Below are positions 37,550-50,010 of a DNA stretch of 64,000 nt, in pieces. Origin of the DNA: Phyllobates terribilis (Eukaryota). The notes below the pieces were generated by a model. That model did not search any database. It was not told the origin of the DNA and saw only the letters and a program-made list of their open reading frames with translations. Both the position numbers and the translations under genes were made by a program. Location: NCBI RefSeq assembly GCF_046119375.1, contig NW_027362769.1, positions 278,442,001-278,506,000 on the forward strand, written 5' to 3'. Each line of letters opens with the position of its first letter. Position 1 is the first letter of the stretch.

Positions 37550-40515
37550 CATGTGCATCTCACTAAATTAGAATATCTTCAAAAAGTTAATTTATTTAAG
37601 TTCTTCAATACAAAAAGTGAAACTCATATATTTTATATAGTCATTACAAAGTGATCTATTTCAAGTGTTTATTTCTGTTAATGTTGATGATTATGGCTTA
37701 CAGCGAATGAAAACATAAAAGTCATTATCTCAGTTAATTAGAATACTTTATAACAACAGCTTGAGAAATGTTTTTAAAATCCAAAATGTTGGCCTACTGA
37801 AATGTATGTTCAGTAAATGCACTCAATACTTGGTCGGGGCTCCTTTTGCATCAATTACAGCATCAATGCGGCGTGGCATGGAGGCGATCAGCCTGTGGCA
37901 CTGCTGAGGTGGTATGGAAGTCCAGGTTGCTTTGATAGCAGCTTTCAGCTCGTCTGCATTGATGGGTCTGGTGTCTCATCTTCCTCTTGACAATACCCCA
38001 TAGAGTCTCTATGGGATTAAGGTCAGGCGAGTTTGCTGGCCAATCAAGCACAGTGATACTGTTTTTAAGGCTATGTGCACACGAAGCGTTTTTGATGCGT
38101 TTTTGCTGCGTTTTTTGTTAATAGGTCTGCCAGCTATAGCAATGCTTATCCTGATGTGCTGTGCACATGATGCGAAAATTTCCGCTCAGGATTAGCATTG
38201 CGGAAAAAAACGCAGCATGTCCATTATGCTAAGCGTTTCCGGAGCATTTCCCGCCCATTGACTTTAATTGAAACGCAGCAAATCCGCAGGTGTATGCGGA
38301 TTTGCTGCCTTTCAGTTAAAGCCAATGAGCAGGAAACGCTCTGGAAACGTGGTGCGGGTGGTACCCGGGTCGGTAGAGGAGGACTACAACTCCTCTCATC
38401 CAACCTGGTAACAGCAGTAGTTCTTCTCAGCAGAGGCAGGAACCAACCGGCAGTGAAAAAATAAAGAAAACCAAACCTTCATACTCACCTGACCGGCGGC
38501 CCCCGGTGTCCTCCTAGTCCCCGGCGATGTTGTCTCCCCGGTGGCTGGCAGTATACTGCGGGGAACTCGCTTGCTCCCTGCAGTATACTGTGCTTCCAGG
38601 ACCTGCGGTCATGTGATCGATCAGCTGATCGCTCAGGTGACCTCACCATAGGAACATTCAGAAGAACGTGCCCATGGTGGTAAGTTCACCGGGGCTCATC
38701 AGCTGATGAACCCCAGTGACCTCCTGCAGCAGCATGTATACTGTCAGTATACACTGCTGTTTTCTACAGCAGTGACATCAGTGATTGCTGATGTCACTGC
38801 TGTAAAAGTGTCCCAGATCGCTGTGGGACAATCGTTGACGGTACGTGGACTACGTTGTTGATGGCGGACAGGTGAGGGATATTGTTGTTTGTTATTTTAC
38901 GTTTTTTTCAGAACATCAATGGCTTTGCGGACAGAGGGTAATAAAAAAAATTGTAGAACCGCGTGTTTTTTATTTAATTAAAATACGTTATTCTGGCCGT
39001 GTCTTTTATTGATAAAGCGGCAACCATTTTACTACGCGGTTAGTAATGGGGCGTCTTATAGACGCCTCTCCATTACTAACCTGGGCTTCATGTCAGCTGC
39101 CAATACAAGACTGATGTGAACCCCAACCCCATTACCTCACTCGCCACCGCTACAGGGCAGTGGGAAGAGCGGAGGATAAGCGTCAGATTTGGCACATCTC
39201 ATTGATGCGCTATTTCTGGAACTGCTTAGGGGTGATATCAATAGCCGCGGAGGGGGCTAGTATTCATGGCCCCTTCCCTGGCTATTAATATCAGCATGCA
39301 GCTGTCTGTTCAGTTTTTGCTGGTTAGATTTTATAGGGGGACCCCACATAAATTTTTTTCTGGGGTCCCCCTCTAATCTAGTCAGTAAGGGTTAAACAAA
39401 CAGCTGTGGGCTGATATTAATAGCCAGGGAACATTGTTGGCTAATGGCCCCTTCCCCGGCTACTAATATCAGCCCCCAGCGGTCGACTTTCCCTCTGCTG
39501 GTTATAAAACTGACGCGGGAACCCACGCCAATTTTTTTTAAAATTTTAGGCTCTGTGCCCACGATCCGGACGTAGCAGCGCTTTGGACACATATTTTTGC
39601 TGCGTCCAAAACGTTGCATTCTTATGAACGCAGGTAAATTCACATGTGTTCACTGAACCGTGTGTATTTACCGCTTCCAATACATTCTAGTGATCAAATT
39701 TCTGTTGCAGAGACTAGCGACTCCGCAAGAGAATTTGACATGCTGCGGTCCTGAAAGACGCACCGCATGTCAGTGTCCACGAGTGATTCGCAGCCTCTGA
39801 TGCACGCATAGTGGACATGGGATTTCTAGAGATCCCATCAACTATGCTGTAACATCTGGACGCTGCGGGTTTGACGTTGTATAAACCCACAGCGTCAAAC
39901 CTGCAACGGCTCCTGACCATGGCCATGTACCCAAACTTACCTTCAGCATGTAAATTTCTGTAGCGGACACTCTAGTCTCCGCTGCAGATTTTGACCAATT
40001 GAAGTGTCATTATATGTGGTGGATTCACATGCACCGACATCAAAAGTGCGGCATTAAAACACCGCGTTTTAGACGCAACAAAAATACACTGCTTCCAAAG
40101 CGCTGCTGAGAGCTAATTGAGGGGAAGTAGCGCTTAACGAAACAGCTGTGAGCTGTTAATAATGGCCAGGTATTATGTTTGCCTAAAGGCACCTTCCTAG
40201 GCTAAAAATAGCAGCTCACAGCAGCCACTTAAATTACATGAATAGAAATGCTAATGAAGATTGGGTGTATGGGATCAGCTGACACCTAGCCTTTGCAAGT
40301 GTTTTTTTGTTAATTATTCTAATTTAGTGAGATAATGACATTTGTGTTTTCATTTGTTGTAAGCTATAATCATCAACAGTAACAGAAATAAACACTATAA
40401 AAATAGATAACTCTGTTTGTAATGACTCTATACAATATTTGAGTTTCACTTTTTGTATTGAAGAACTGAAATAAATTAACTTTTTGATGATATTCTAATT
40501 TAGTGAGATGCACCA

Positions 40516-40516
<1 letters not shown>
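37550..40516 (-). mobile_element. Deleted Tc1 element with nested Harbinger-type MITEs
   Basis: TIR catgtgcatctcactaaattagaatat / atattctaatttagtgagatgcaccag. C-terminal remnant DWPANSPDLNPIE at 37830-38051. Confidence 0.88.
38069..40290. mobile_element. Composite Harbinger-type non-autonomous elements (nested unit ~39549-39932)
   Basis: TAA|ggctatgtgcacacg at 38069; TTA|ggctctgtgcccacg at 39549; internal 17-bp-stem palindrome at 38765-38804. Outer right end not found. Confidence 0.65.
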
Positions 40517-40557
<41 letters not shown>

Positions 40558-41037
40558 GACTGTGCGACCATTATATATATATATACAGGGTGGTCCAAAA
40601 GTAGGTGGCCAAAATTATATTTTCTAACACAAGCATAACATTGACAATTACATTTTATTCTGAACAATAATACAAAAGCCCTTAAATTTTATCAACGCAG
40701 GCGCTCAAACTGTTTTCCATTACAGTTTGCACAGCTTTGAAGTCTGCCTCTTCCGCTTCGATAAACTTTTTTGCACAAGTCTCTTTGGGTATTAATTTCT
40801 TGAAATGCATCTTTTATGTAATTTTTCAAATCTCTGACACTTTTTGGTTTTCGACTATAAACTTTGTCCTTGAGTACTCCCCAAAAGAAAAAATCCATTG
40901 GGGTCAAGTCTGGTGAACGTGTTGGGCAATCAAGTGGGCCTCTTCGGCCAATCCATTTATTAGGAAATGTTTCATCAAGATACTCGCGGACTACTCTTGA
41001 ATAATGTGGCGGGGCCCCATCTTGTTGGAAATAAAGG

Positions 41038-43747
41038 TGTAATGCACACGCCCGGACTGACTGGCATGTGCATGTTTAGTGGTTCCACTGTGCCATGAAC
41101 CGGAGAGTGTCTGGAGGGGCGTAACTAAGTATCTGCCCGATCCAACCAAGGTCGCACGACGGCATACGACGCCAGTGCACCACGGAGGAACCGAGCAGAG
41201 GGACCAGGGTCTACTCCAGGTCAGACTCCGGACATGGCTGTTGACCCACACCGGGGAATACAGGAACAGGCAGACTAAAGCGCAGGCTGGGTAGGGTCCA
41301 GTACAGACTGGGAGACAAATTCGGAGCCGCAGATGCGGTAAACAAACAGAGTAAAGCGAAACCGCAGGTGCAGTAGTCAAGGCCGAGCAGAGCAGAACCG
41401 CAGACGCGGTAGACAAGGCTGAGCAGAGCAAAACCGCAGACGCGGTAGACAAGGCTGAGCAGAGCAAAACCGCATATGCGGTAGACAAAGCTGAGCAAAG
41501 TGAAACCGCAAACGCGGTGGACAGGACTGAGCAAAGCGAAACCGCAGACGTGGTGGACAGGGCTGAGTAAAGCGAAACTGCAGACGCGGTGGACAGAGCT
41601 GAGCGAAGCGAAACCGCAGACACGGTGAACAGGGCAGAGCAAAGCGAAACCGCAGACGCAGTGGACAGGGCTGAGCAAAGCGAAGCCGCAGACGCGGTGG
41701 ACAGGGCTGAGCAAAGCGAAACCGCAGACGCGGTGGACAGGGCTGAGCAAAGCGAAACCGCAGACGCGGTGGACAGGGCTGAGCAAAGCGAAACCGCAGA
41801 CGCGGTGGACAGGGCTGAGCAAAGCGAAACCGCAGACGCGGTGGACAGGGCTGAGCAAAGCGAAACCGCAGACGCGGTGGACAGGGCTGAGCAAAGCAAG
41901 AACCGCCGAAGCGGCAAGCAAGGCAGAGCGGAGGGAACAGGGCTCAGTTCACACGGAACAGACAGGAAGGGAAAGGCAGAACCAGATACCCACAGGGTAC
42001 TTGCAGAGAAGTTCCACTGTGCCATGAACCGGAGAGTGTCTGGAGGGGCGTAACTAAGTATCTGCCCGATCCAACCAAGGTCGCACGACGGCATACGACG
42101 CCAGTGCACCACGGAGGAACCGAGCAGAGGGACCAGGGTCTACTCCAGGTCAGACTCCGGACATGGCTGTTGACCCACACCGGGGAATACAGGAACAGGC
42201 AGACTAAAGCGCAGGCTGGGTAGGGTCCAGTACAGACTGGGAGACAAATTCGGAGCCGCAGATGCGGTAAACAAACAGAGTAAAGCGAAACCGCAGGTGC
42301 AGTAGTCAAGGCCGAGCAGAGCAGAACCGCAGACGCGGTAGACAAGGCTGAGCAGAGCAAAACCGCAGACGCGGTAGACAAGGCTGAGCAGAGCAAAACC
42401 ACATATGCGGTAGACAAAGCTGAGCAAAGTGAAACCGCAGACGCGGTGGACAGGACTGAGCAAAGCGAAACCGCAGACGCGGTGGAGAGGGCTGAGCAAA
42501 GTGAAACTGCAGACGCGGTGGACAGAGCTGAGCGAAGCGAAACCGCAGACGCGGTGAACAGGGCTGAGCAAAGCGAAACCGCAGACGCGGTGGACAGAGC
42601 TGAGCGAAGCGAAACCGCAGACGCGGTGAACAGGGCTGAGCAAAGCGAAACCGCAGACGCGGTGGACAGGGCTGAGCAAAGCGAAGCCGCAGATGCGGTG
42701 GACAGGGCTGAGCAAAGCGAAACCGCAGACGCGGTGGACAGGGCTGAGCAAAGCGAAACCGCAGACGCGGTGGACAGAGCTGAGCAAAGCTAAACTGCAG
42801 ACGCGGTGGACAAGGCTGAGCAAAGCGAAACCGCAGACGCGGTGGACAGGGCTGAGCAAAGCGAAACCGCAGACGCGGTGGACAGGGCTGAGCAAAGCGA
42901 AACCGCAGACGCGGTGGACAGGGCTGAGCAAAGTGAAACCGCAGACGCGGTGGACAGGGCTGAGCAAAGCGAAACCGCAGACGCGGTGGACAGGGCTGAG
43001 CAAAGCAAGAACCGCCGAAGCGGCAAGCAAGGCAGAGTGGAGGGAACAGGGCTCAGTTCACACGGAACAGACAGGAAGGGAAAGGCAGAACCAGATACCC
43101 ACAGGGTACTTGCAGAGAAGTAGCGAGTGGACCACAAACTCACAAACGGAAGTACAGTGACAACGAGCAGGAGTTAGGTACGAGTTCAGACTCTGCAGAA
43201 AAAGGGAAGGTACGGACATAGAGAAAAACAAAACAGGCTAGGAGAGTATTCAGACAAGAACAGACACAGCAGCAAGATACAGGAGCGGGTCTAGGTAAGC
43301 GGCCCCTAGAAGGCGGAACGAACAGGCAGGAGCGTGTTCACACAGGCCTGCAAATATAGCCTCCAGGATAGGCAGAAGACAACAGGCTAGAAGATAATAC
43401 AGACAGGACACAGTTCTGATACCGAAGGCAGGAAACATAAACGGGACCTGGCATATCAGTGACCAGAAGCCAACTGACAGAACACAATGCTCAAGCATGG
43501 GTTAATTGGAGCAGCTGGTTTAAATACCAGGTGACAGACAGCAATAGGCTGAGGACGCACAAGGGGTGTGCCTGCAGCAGGTACAAAAAGCAGGAAGTGA
43601 TCGGGCGTCGCCCTTAAGCAGCAGAAACAGAAGCAAACAGACAGCATGGAGGGAAGCCAGAGAGACATTCTGGATTGGAGATCAAGTGCGCGCTCTTGCA
43701 CAGTGGGAGATGGACCACTATGCAAGGACGCCGCCAGGTATGTTACA
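41038..43747 (-). mobile_element. Solo LTR (2710 bp) with internal tandem duplication, 5-bp TSD AAAGG; related to the LTRs at 59527 and 63531
   Basis: AAAGG|tgtaatgcacacgcc ... ggtatgttaca|AAAGG. Both ends are the reverse complement of the 59527-61347 LTR ends. Confidence 0.93.
41380..43010. repeat. Two 36-bp minisatellite blocks (41380-41900, 42310-43010) inside the duplicated LTR segment
   Basis: Unit gggctgagcaaagcgaaaccgcagacgcggtggaca. Confidence 0.95.
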
Positions 43748-44505
43748 AAAGGTCATTTGAATTAGGCTGTTGCTGTAACTGGGGAACAACTTGATTCATT
43801 AGAATTTCGAGATACTTATCTCCTGTGACTGTTCCATCAAAAAATATTGGTCCTAAAACACCAAAACTTGAAATAGCACCCCAAACATTGATACCAGGCT
43901 CATTTAGTTGTTGCTCTAATGTTAAATGCATGTTCTCATTATACCAGTAAATACAATTATGTCTGTTAATATGGCCGGATAATTTGAAAGAAGCTTCATC
44001 ACTCCACATAATGTTATCTAAAATTACTGGATTTTCTTTAATTTCGTTAAGCATAATCTCACTAAATTGCAGCTGCCTGTCTGGATCATCCTCCAATAAA
44101 CCATGAATTAGACGTGGACGATAAGCTTTCCACCCAATAGATTTCAGGATTCTCATGATAGAAGCTCGTGAAATTCCCAGTTCCAAAGAGGCTCTTCTGG
44201 TGGAATTTTTGGACTCTTAACAAATGTTTCAGCAACAAGTTGTTTATTATCTTCTGTACGGACTGTTTTGGGTCGACCAGTTTTTGGAGCATTAAGGATT
44301 GAGCCAGTGGCATTGAATTTGTCACGAATGCGGTAAATGGTTTGTCTCTTTGGGGCTTGAGTACCAAATGTTTCAACCCAATTTTCTCTAACGGTTTCAG
44401 CATTTTGAGATTTCCAATACTCTGTTAAAATCCATTTTCTTTGATCTGTATTGAAATTATTTGCCATTATGTGTTATCTGAATTATCTGAAAAGAAAACA
44501 GATTT

Positions 44506-44692
44506 GGGGGAGATCTATCTGTGAAAACTAGATCTGTGAAACTGGCTCAGTTGCCCTTAGCAACCAATCAGATTCCACCTTTCATTTTCCAAAGAGTCTG
44601 TGAGGAATGAAAAGTGGAATCTCATTGGTTGCTTAGGGCAACTGAGCCAGTTTTACTTTACAACTTTACACCATGTTTGATAAATCTCCCCC
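44506..44692. mobile_element. Short palindromic MITE upstream of the DD41D ORF
   Basis: ggggagatctatc ... gataaatctcccc termini; ~47-bp inner arms aaactggctcagttgcccttagcaaccaat / attggttgcttagggcaactgagccagttt. Confidence 0.75.
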
Positions 44693-45071
44693 TTCATAAC
44701 CTTATTACACTTTCTGTCCACCTACTTTTGGACCACCCTGTATATATATATATATTGTAAGGTGGCTAATGGTCGCGTAGTCGATGGGAGGTATGTGTCA
44801 TAGAGATGGCTGGTCTCTGTGATGTAACCTGTAGTGTTTCTCTAGTGCACATAAGCATCTGGCTGTTGGGTTACTTGTAGCTAGGAGAGAATGGGCGGGT
44901 CCAGCTACCCACATACCTCACCTCTGGCTGTGGTTAACGGCCTAAAAAATGGAGGCTGTTGTTTGACACATGGTCTGTGTGTTAGACGTGCGGGCAGCGT
45001 TCCCAACAGAGACGTGTGACTGCATGTCCTGGGTATAGTCTGTCGCAAGCCAGCAGGCATCGCCAGACAAA

Positions 45072-45659
45072 ATGGAGGACTTGCTGAAACACCTGGTCCA
45101 GTCGCAGCAGCAGGAGGCCAACAGGCTGTTGTTACAGCAGATCCAGCAGCACCAGCAGGAACAATGGCAGCAGATGCAGCTTCTGGCAACCGCCATCCAG
45201 GGCAGGACGAGCGCCCCAACCCCAAGTCCGGCTGATGACACCCACGTCCGGAAGGCGGTAAAACGGGCTTTGCAGAAAATGACCCCGGGGTATGACGTTG
45301 AGGCCTTCCTGATGGTGTTTGAAAGGGTCGCCGAGAGTGAGAAACTTCTGCAAGGGCAGTGGGCAGAGGTACTGGCGCCATACTTGCTGGGAGAGCCCCA
45401 GAAGGCGTACTGTGATTTAGCTTTGCAGGACGCCAAAAAGTATGGCAAGCTAAAAACTGAGATTCTCGCACGCTTGGGGGTGACCATGACTGTCAGGGCG
45501 CAGCGGGTTCACCGCTGGGCGTATCACCAGGACAAACCACCTCACTCCCAAATGTTTGAACTGTTGCACCTGGTCCAGAAGTGGCTGCAGCCGGAGTCCT
45601 CTACACCTGCTTGCGCAGATGGTAGAGCGGGTGGTGATGGACCGGTTTTTGCAGCATAG
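45072..45659 (+). pseudogene. Gag with SCAN-like domain, truncated
   Basis: LQKMTPGYDVEAFLMVFERVA..QWAEVLAPYLLGE..LKTEILARLG..SQMFELLHLVQKWLQPE; frameshift before ERVVMDRFL. Confidence 0.85.
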
Positions 45660-45697
45660 GACGCCGTTGTTCATATTATGCATATCCGGCCTGCAGT

Positions 45698-47136
45698 GTG
45701 AACTGTCCACCCAGCGAGGGGCCTCAAGCATGTCCTGTGAAGGTGAACTGGCAGGAGGTAACGACACTGCTAGACTCCGGGAGTCTGGTGACCCTTGTGA
45801 GGGACACCCTTCCTCTCCAAATGATCGCGAGAAAAAAATTTGGCGTTCGGTGCATTCATGGTGATGCTAAGGACTACCCTATGGCCAGAGTGGACATTGA
45901 AATGGCCCACGATACTGACTCCCACGAGGTCGGCGTCGTTCAGGACTTATTGCACCCTATTATTATAGGCCGGAACTTTTGTTTATTTTGGGATCTGTGG
46001 GGGAAGGGTTCCGGGTTCGCTGGCTCAGATAAGAGACCAGTTAACCCTGATGAGGTATCACCACACCCAGAGTCAGACAGGTTTCCCTTCTTTTGTGTCC
46101 TTGTGGGGGATGAGGAGGTAGTGCTCCCTGAGTCTGACATTCCGGAGTTAGGGGTGACTAGCGAGAATTTTGGGTTTGCTCAACATAAGGACCTAACCCT
46201 GAAGGAAGCCTTTAATAATGTCACTGTCATAAATGGGGTTGCACAGGAGCGGGAGGCTGACACAAGGTTTCTCCATTTTATGATGAGTGGGGAGTTGTTG
46301 TACCGGGTCACAAAAGTGAGGGAGGAGTGTGTGGAGCAGTTAATAGTGCCGGGCCCCTATAGACGGAAGGTGTTGGACATGGCCCATTCACATGCCTTGG
46401 GGGGATATCTGGGAGTGGAAAAAAAGCAGGAACAGATCGTGCAGAGGTTCTATTGGCCCGGATGTCACCAGGAAATATTGAAGTATTGCAGGTCTTGCCC
46501 TATGTGCCAGTTAACCGCTCCCACCTCTCACTTTCGAAGTCCCCTCGTGCCATTGCCCATTATTGAAGTGCCGTTCAAGAGAATTGCTATGGACTTGGTT
46601 GGTCCCCTGGTTAAATCTGCTCGTGGTCATCAATATATATTGGTTACCCTGGACTGTGCCACCTGCTACCCTGAAGCGATTCCACTGAGAAACTCTTCTG
46701 CAAAGAGAATAGCCCGCAAGTTGGTCCACGTTTTTTCCCGAATAGGCTTACCAAAGGAGATCCTGACTGACCAGGGAACTCCCTTTATGAGTAAGGTGAT
46801 GAGGAAGTTATGCAAAGTCCTGCAAATCTCCCAACTGATAACTTCAGTGTACAATCCTCAGACAGATGGCTTTGTGGAAAGGTTTAACAAGAATCTGAAG
46901 AGTATGCTGAGGAAGGCCATAGAAAAGGACAGTAGAGACTGGGACTGTCTCCTACCTTATTTGTTGTTCTCCATCCGAGAGGTTCCACAGGCCTCTACGG
47001 GGTTCTCGCCATTCGAACTCCTGTATGGACGTCATCCGCGGGGTCTTCTGGATGTCGCAAAGGAAACCTGGGAAGCCGATGTCACGTCCCACAGGAGCAT
47101 TTTCGAGAATGTCGCTCTGATGCAGAAGAGGATTGC
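45698..47136 (+). pseudogene. Protease + integrase
   Basis: LLDSGS; H..H/C..C zinc-binding remnant; IAMDLVGP, LTDQG, QTDGFVERFN. Confidence 0.92.
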
Positions 47137-47257
47137 AAAGGTGATGATAAATAGCATAGGGATAAAATATAACCTTTATTAGAAAATTAATTAAAAAGGC
47201 CCAAAGTGAAAATGTGCATCCATAAATACAAGACGTACCATATAGTACTAAACCGTG

Positions 47258-47913
47258 GCATCCCTTCCAACACTCTTGCACCTCTCCAATCTATCCTAAA
47301 CTCTGCTGCTCGACTAATCCACCTGTCCCCCCGCTATTCCCCGGCCTCTCCTCTCTGTCAATCCCTTCACTGGCTCCCTATTGCCCAGAGAATTCAGTTC
47401 AAAACTCTAACCATGGCATACAAAGCCATCCACAACCTGTCTCCCCCATACATCTGTGACCTAGTCTCCCGGTACTTACCTGCACGCAACCTCCGATCCT
47501 CACAAGATCTCCTGCTCTACTCCCCTCTTATCTCCTCCTCCCACAATCGTATACAAGATTTCTCCCGTGCTTCCCCCCTACTCTGGAACTCTCTACCCCA
47601 ACATATCAGACTCTCGCCGACCGTGGAAACCTTCAAAAGGAACCTGAAGACCCACCTCTTCCGACAAGCCTACAACCTGCAGTAAACACCACTGCACGAC
47701 CATCTCTACCCTCACCTAATGTATCCTCACCCATCCCTTGTAGACTGTGAGCCCTCGCGGGCAGGGTCCTCGCTCCTCCTGTACCAGTCGCTGACTCGTT
47801 TTGTTAAGATTATGTAAATGCTTTTGTTATGTATATCCCTATCACATGTAAAGCACCATGGAATAAATGGCGCTTATAATAATAAATAATAAATAATAAA
47901 TAAATAATAATAA
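47258..47913 (+). mobile_element. L2 LINE 3' fragment with (aat/aaat)n tail
   Basis: LQSILNSAARLI..LHWLPIAQRIQFK..LWNSLP..FKRNLKTHLF; agactgtgagccc 3' UTR; tail 47878-47913. Confidence 0.92.
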
Positions 47914-48356
47914 ACAAGAATGCAAACAGGAAAAATTTGCCTATAGTACAGACAATCCTGTGTACAGAATGGTCAAAACATAACTTGTGAAAGACCACTT
48001 CCCAGGTAAAGTGGTGGATTCTTTAACCGTGCTATCAATGATAGAGTCCACCAAATGACCACATCCTCTCTAGCATAGTTCCCATCAGTCAGTAAACCAA
48101 ATCAATGTACATTATATTGAACAGGTATACACCTAATATATGACTATGAGGAATAATGTAGGCTAGCTTAGTACATAAAGAAATCAGCCAAGCATATAGA
48201 AAAAATACTTTTTTCCACAGTTTTAAAGAAAGCATATAACCACATATAAACAATATCACTTTGTGGTGTAGCAGAAATATCACACAATCAAAGAGGAAAC
48301 TTCAATACTTATCTGATCCTCCATTAGTGATGGGTATGAAGTCTTATATAGGCGGG

Positions 48357-48390
48357 CTCCCAACGCGTTTCCCTTTTGTCATCAGGGGAG
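48357..48390 (-). ncRNA. Minimal type I hammerhead ribozyme candidate with intact core
   Basis: CTCCC-CTGATGA-caaaagg-GAAA-CGCGT-T-GGGAG. 5-bp stem I, palindromic ACGCGT stem III, GUU triplet, vestigial stem II. Confidence 0.6.
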
Positions 48391-48447
48391 TAAAAGTGCC
48401 CATGATCATGCCCTCATTCATTAGATATGTTAAACGGCCACAACCGG

Positions 48448-50010
48448 TCAGCCAGAGTGAGGCAATTCAATCCAGGAGACCGAGTCCTCGTGCTAATTCC
48501 TACGGTGGAGAGTAAGATCTTGGCTAAGTGGCAAGGGCCGTATGAGGTGGTGGAAAAAGTAAGTGAAGTAATTACAAGGTTCATTAACTAGGACGACATA
48601 AGCCATACGAGATATACCACGTTAACCTCATCAAGCCGTGGCAAGACAGAGAGGCTGTGGAAGCTCCCTGCTTGCTGGGCAAACCAGAAGGCGACGTTGG
48701 AGTAGTCGCAATAGTGGAAACGCTAACGAAGGCCCAGAAACAGCAGTGTCGGGAGTTGCTGTTGGAGAACCGGGATCTGTTCTCTGAATTGCCGGACTGC
48801 ACAAATGTCATAGGACATGAGGTTCTGACGGAGCCACATGTGCGGGTGAATTTGAAGCCCTATCGGATACCTGAGGCCCGACGAGAGTTGATCTCAAAAG
48901 AGGTGGCTTGTATGCTGAAGCTCGGTGTCATTGAAGAATCTAAGAGCGGTTGGTCGAGCCTGATTGTTTGGTCCCAAAGCCCGATGGTGAGTGGAGATTC
49001 TGCAACGACTATCAGAAGTTGAATGAGGTCTCCAAATTCAACGCATATCCCATGCACGTGTTGATGAGCTGATCGAGAGGCTTGGGCCAGCAAGGTACAT
49101 AACCACCTTGGATCTGACAAATAGATATTGGCTGATCCCCATGGCACAGGGAGCCAAAGAGAAAACTGCATTTTCTACACCAGACGGATGCTTTCAGTAT
49201 GTCCGGATGCGTTTAGACTGCAGGGGACCCCTGCAACCTTCCAGAGAGCCATCGATCGCATCCTTGCATCCCATAAGAAATAAGCCGCAGCATACCTGGA
49301 CGATATTGTTATCTTCAGCCCAGACTGGGAGACTCATCTGGAAAAGATCCAGGTGGTGTTTGATGCTCTGAGAAAGGCAAGGTTTTCAATAAACCCAAAG
49401 AAATGTGCCATGGGGAAAGAAGAAGCCAAGTACCTCGGATATTTTGTGGGTAGAGGCAAGATAAAACCCCAAATTACTAAAGTGGAAGCAATCCAAAATT
49501 GGCCGAGACCGCTGTCGAAAAAGCAAGTCATAGCCTTTCTAGGAATAGTGGGATATTACAGGAAGTTCACCCCAAACTTCACCATGATGGCCGCACCCCT
49601 GATTGACCTCCTTAAAGGGACAAAATCAGCCATGGCCAAGTGTACTGCAGAGGCGGAGACGGCCTTTCAAGAGTTGAAAGTGGCTCTGTGTAGGCAACCG
49701 GTCCTGGTTGCCCCCAACTTCAAGAAAGGGTTTATACTCCAGACAGATGCCTCAGATGTCTGTTTAGGAGCAGTCCTTTCCCAGGAGATACACGAGGAGG
49801 AGCACCCTGTCCTCTACCTGAGTAAAAAGCTGTCCTCCTGCGAGAAAAATTATTCGGGCATAGGGAAGGAGTGCTTGGCCATAAAGTGGGCGGTGGACAC
49901 CTTGTGGCACTATCTGTTAGATCGAAAACATTTTTAACCCTACAGGACTTCCACTTCCATGTAGAACATAGAGCAGAGAAGCTACATGGTAATGCTGATG
50001 CGCTCTCGAG
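48448..50010 (+). pseudogene. Integrase C-terminus, RT and RNase H remnants of the Gmr1-like element
   Basis: DLTNRYWLIP..KTAFSTPDG, YLDDIVI, FLGIVGYYRKF, LQTDAS, ECLAIKWAV, NADALSR; several frameshifts. Confidence 0.9.

Larger units (their letters stand above)
40692..44467 (-). pseudogene. DD41D transposase (~353 aa reconstructed)
   Basis: MANNFNTDQRKWIL..., TGRP, WSDEA, VWGAI, YFQQDGAPPH-(41 residues)-SPDLTPMDFFFWG. Lesions seen: a 1-nt loss in an A-run at ~44190 and the LTR insertion. Confidence 0.9.
40586..44740 (-). mobile_element. DD41D (Visitor/rosa-type) Tc1/mariner transposon interrupted by a solo LTR and a MITE
   Basis: 26-bp TIRs cagggtggtccaaaagtaggtgg(c/a)ca, with TA on both sides. 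Confidence 0.93.
47137..48447 (-). mobile_element. Non-coding Penelope-like remnant in the Gypsy pol, itself containing an L2 3' end
   Basis: AT-rich insert between VM| and |NRSARVRQFNPGDRV with ~50 bp of host lost; hammerhead motif at 48357-48390. Confidence 0.55.

Noticed and set aside
41211-43160. ORFs with DRAEQSETADAV / LCSALSTASAVS repeats
   Set aside because: 36-bp LTR minisatellite open in several frames on both strands; lies inside a TSD-bounded solo LTR.
47206-47685. 159-aa ORF as a cellular gene
   Set aside because: C-terminus of L2 ORF2 with L2 3' UTR and simple-repeat tail.
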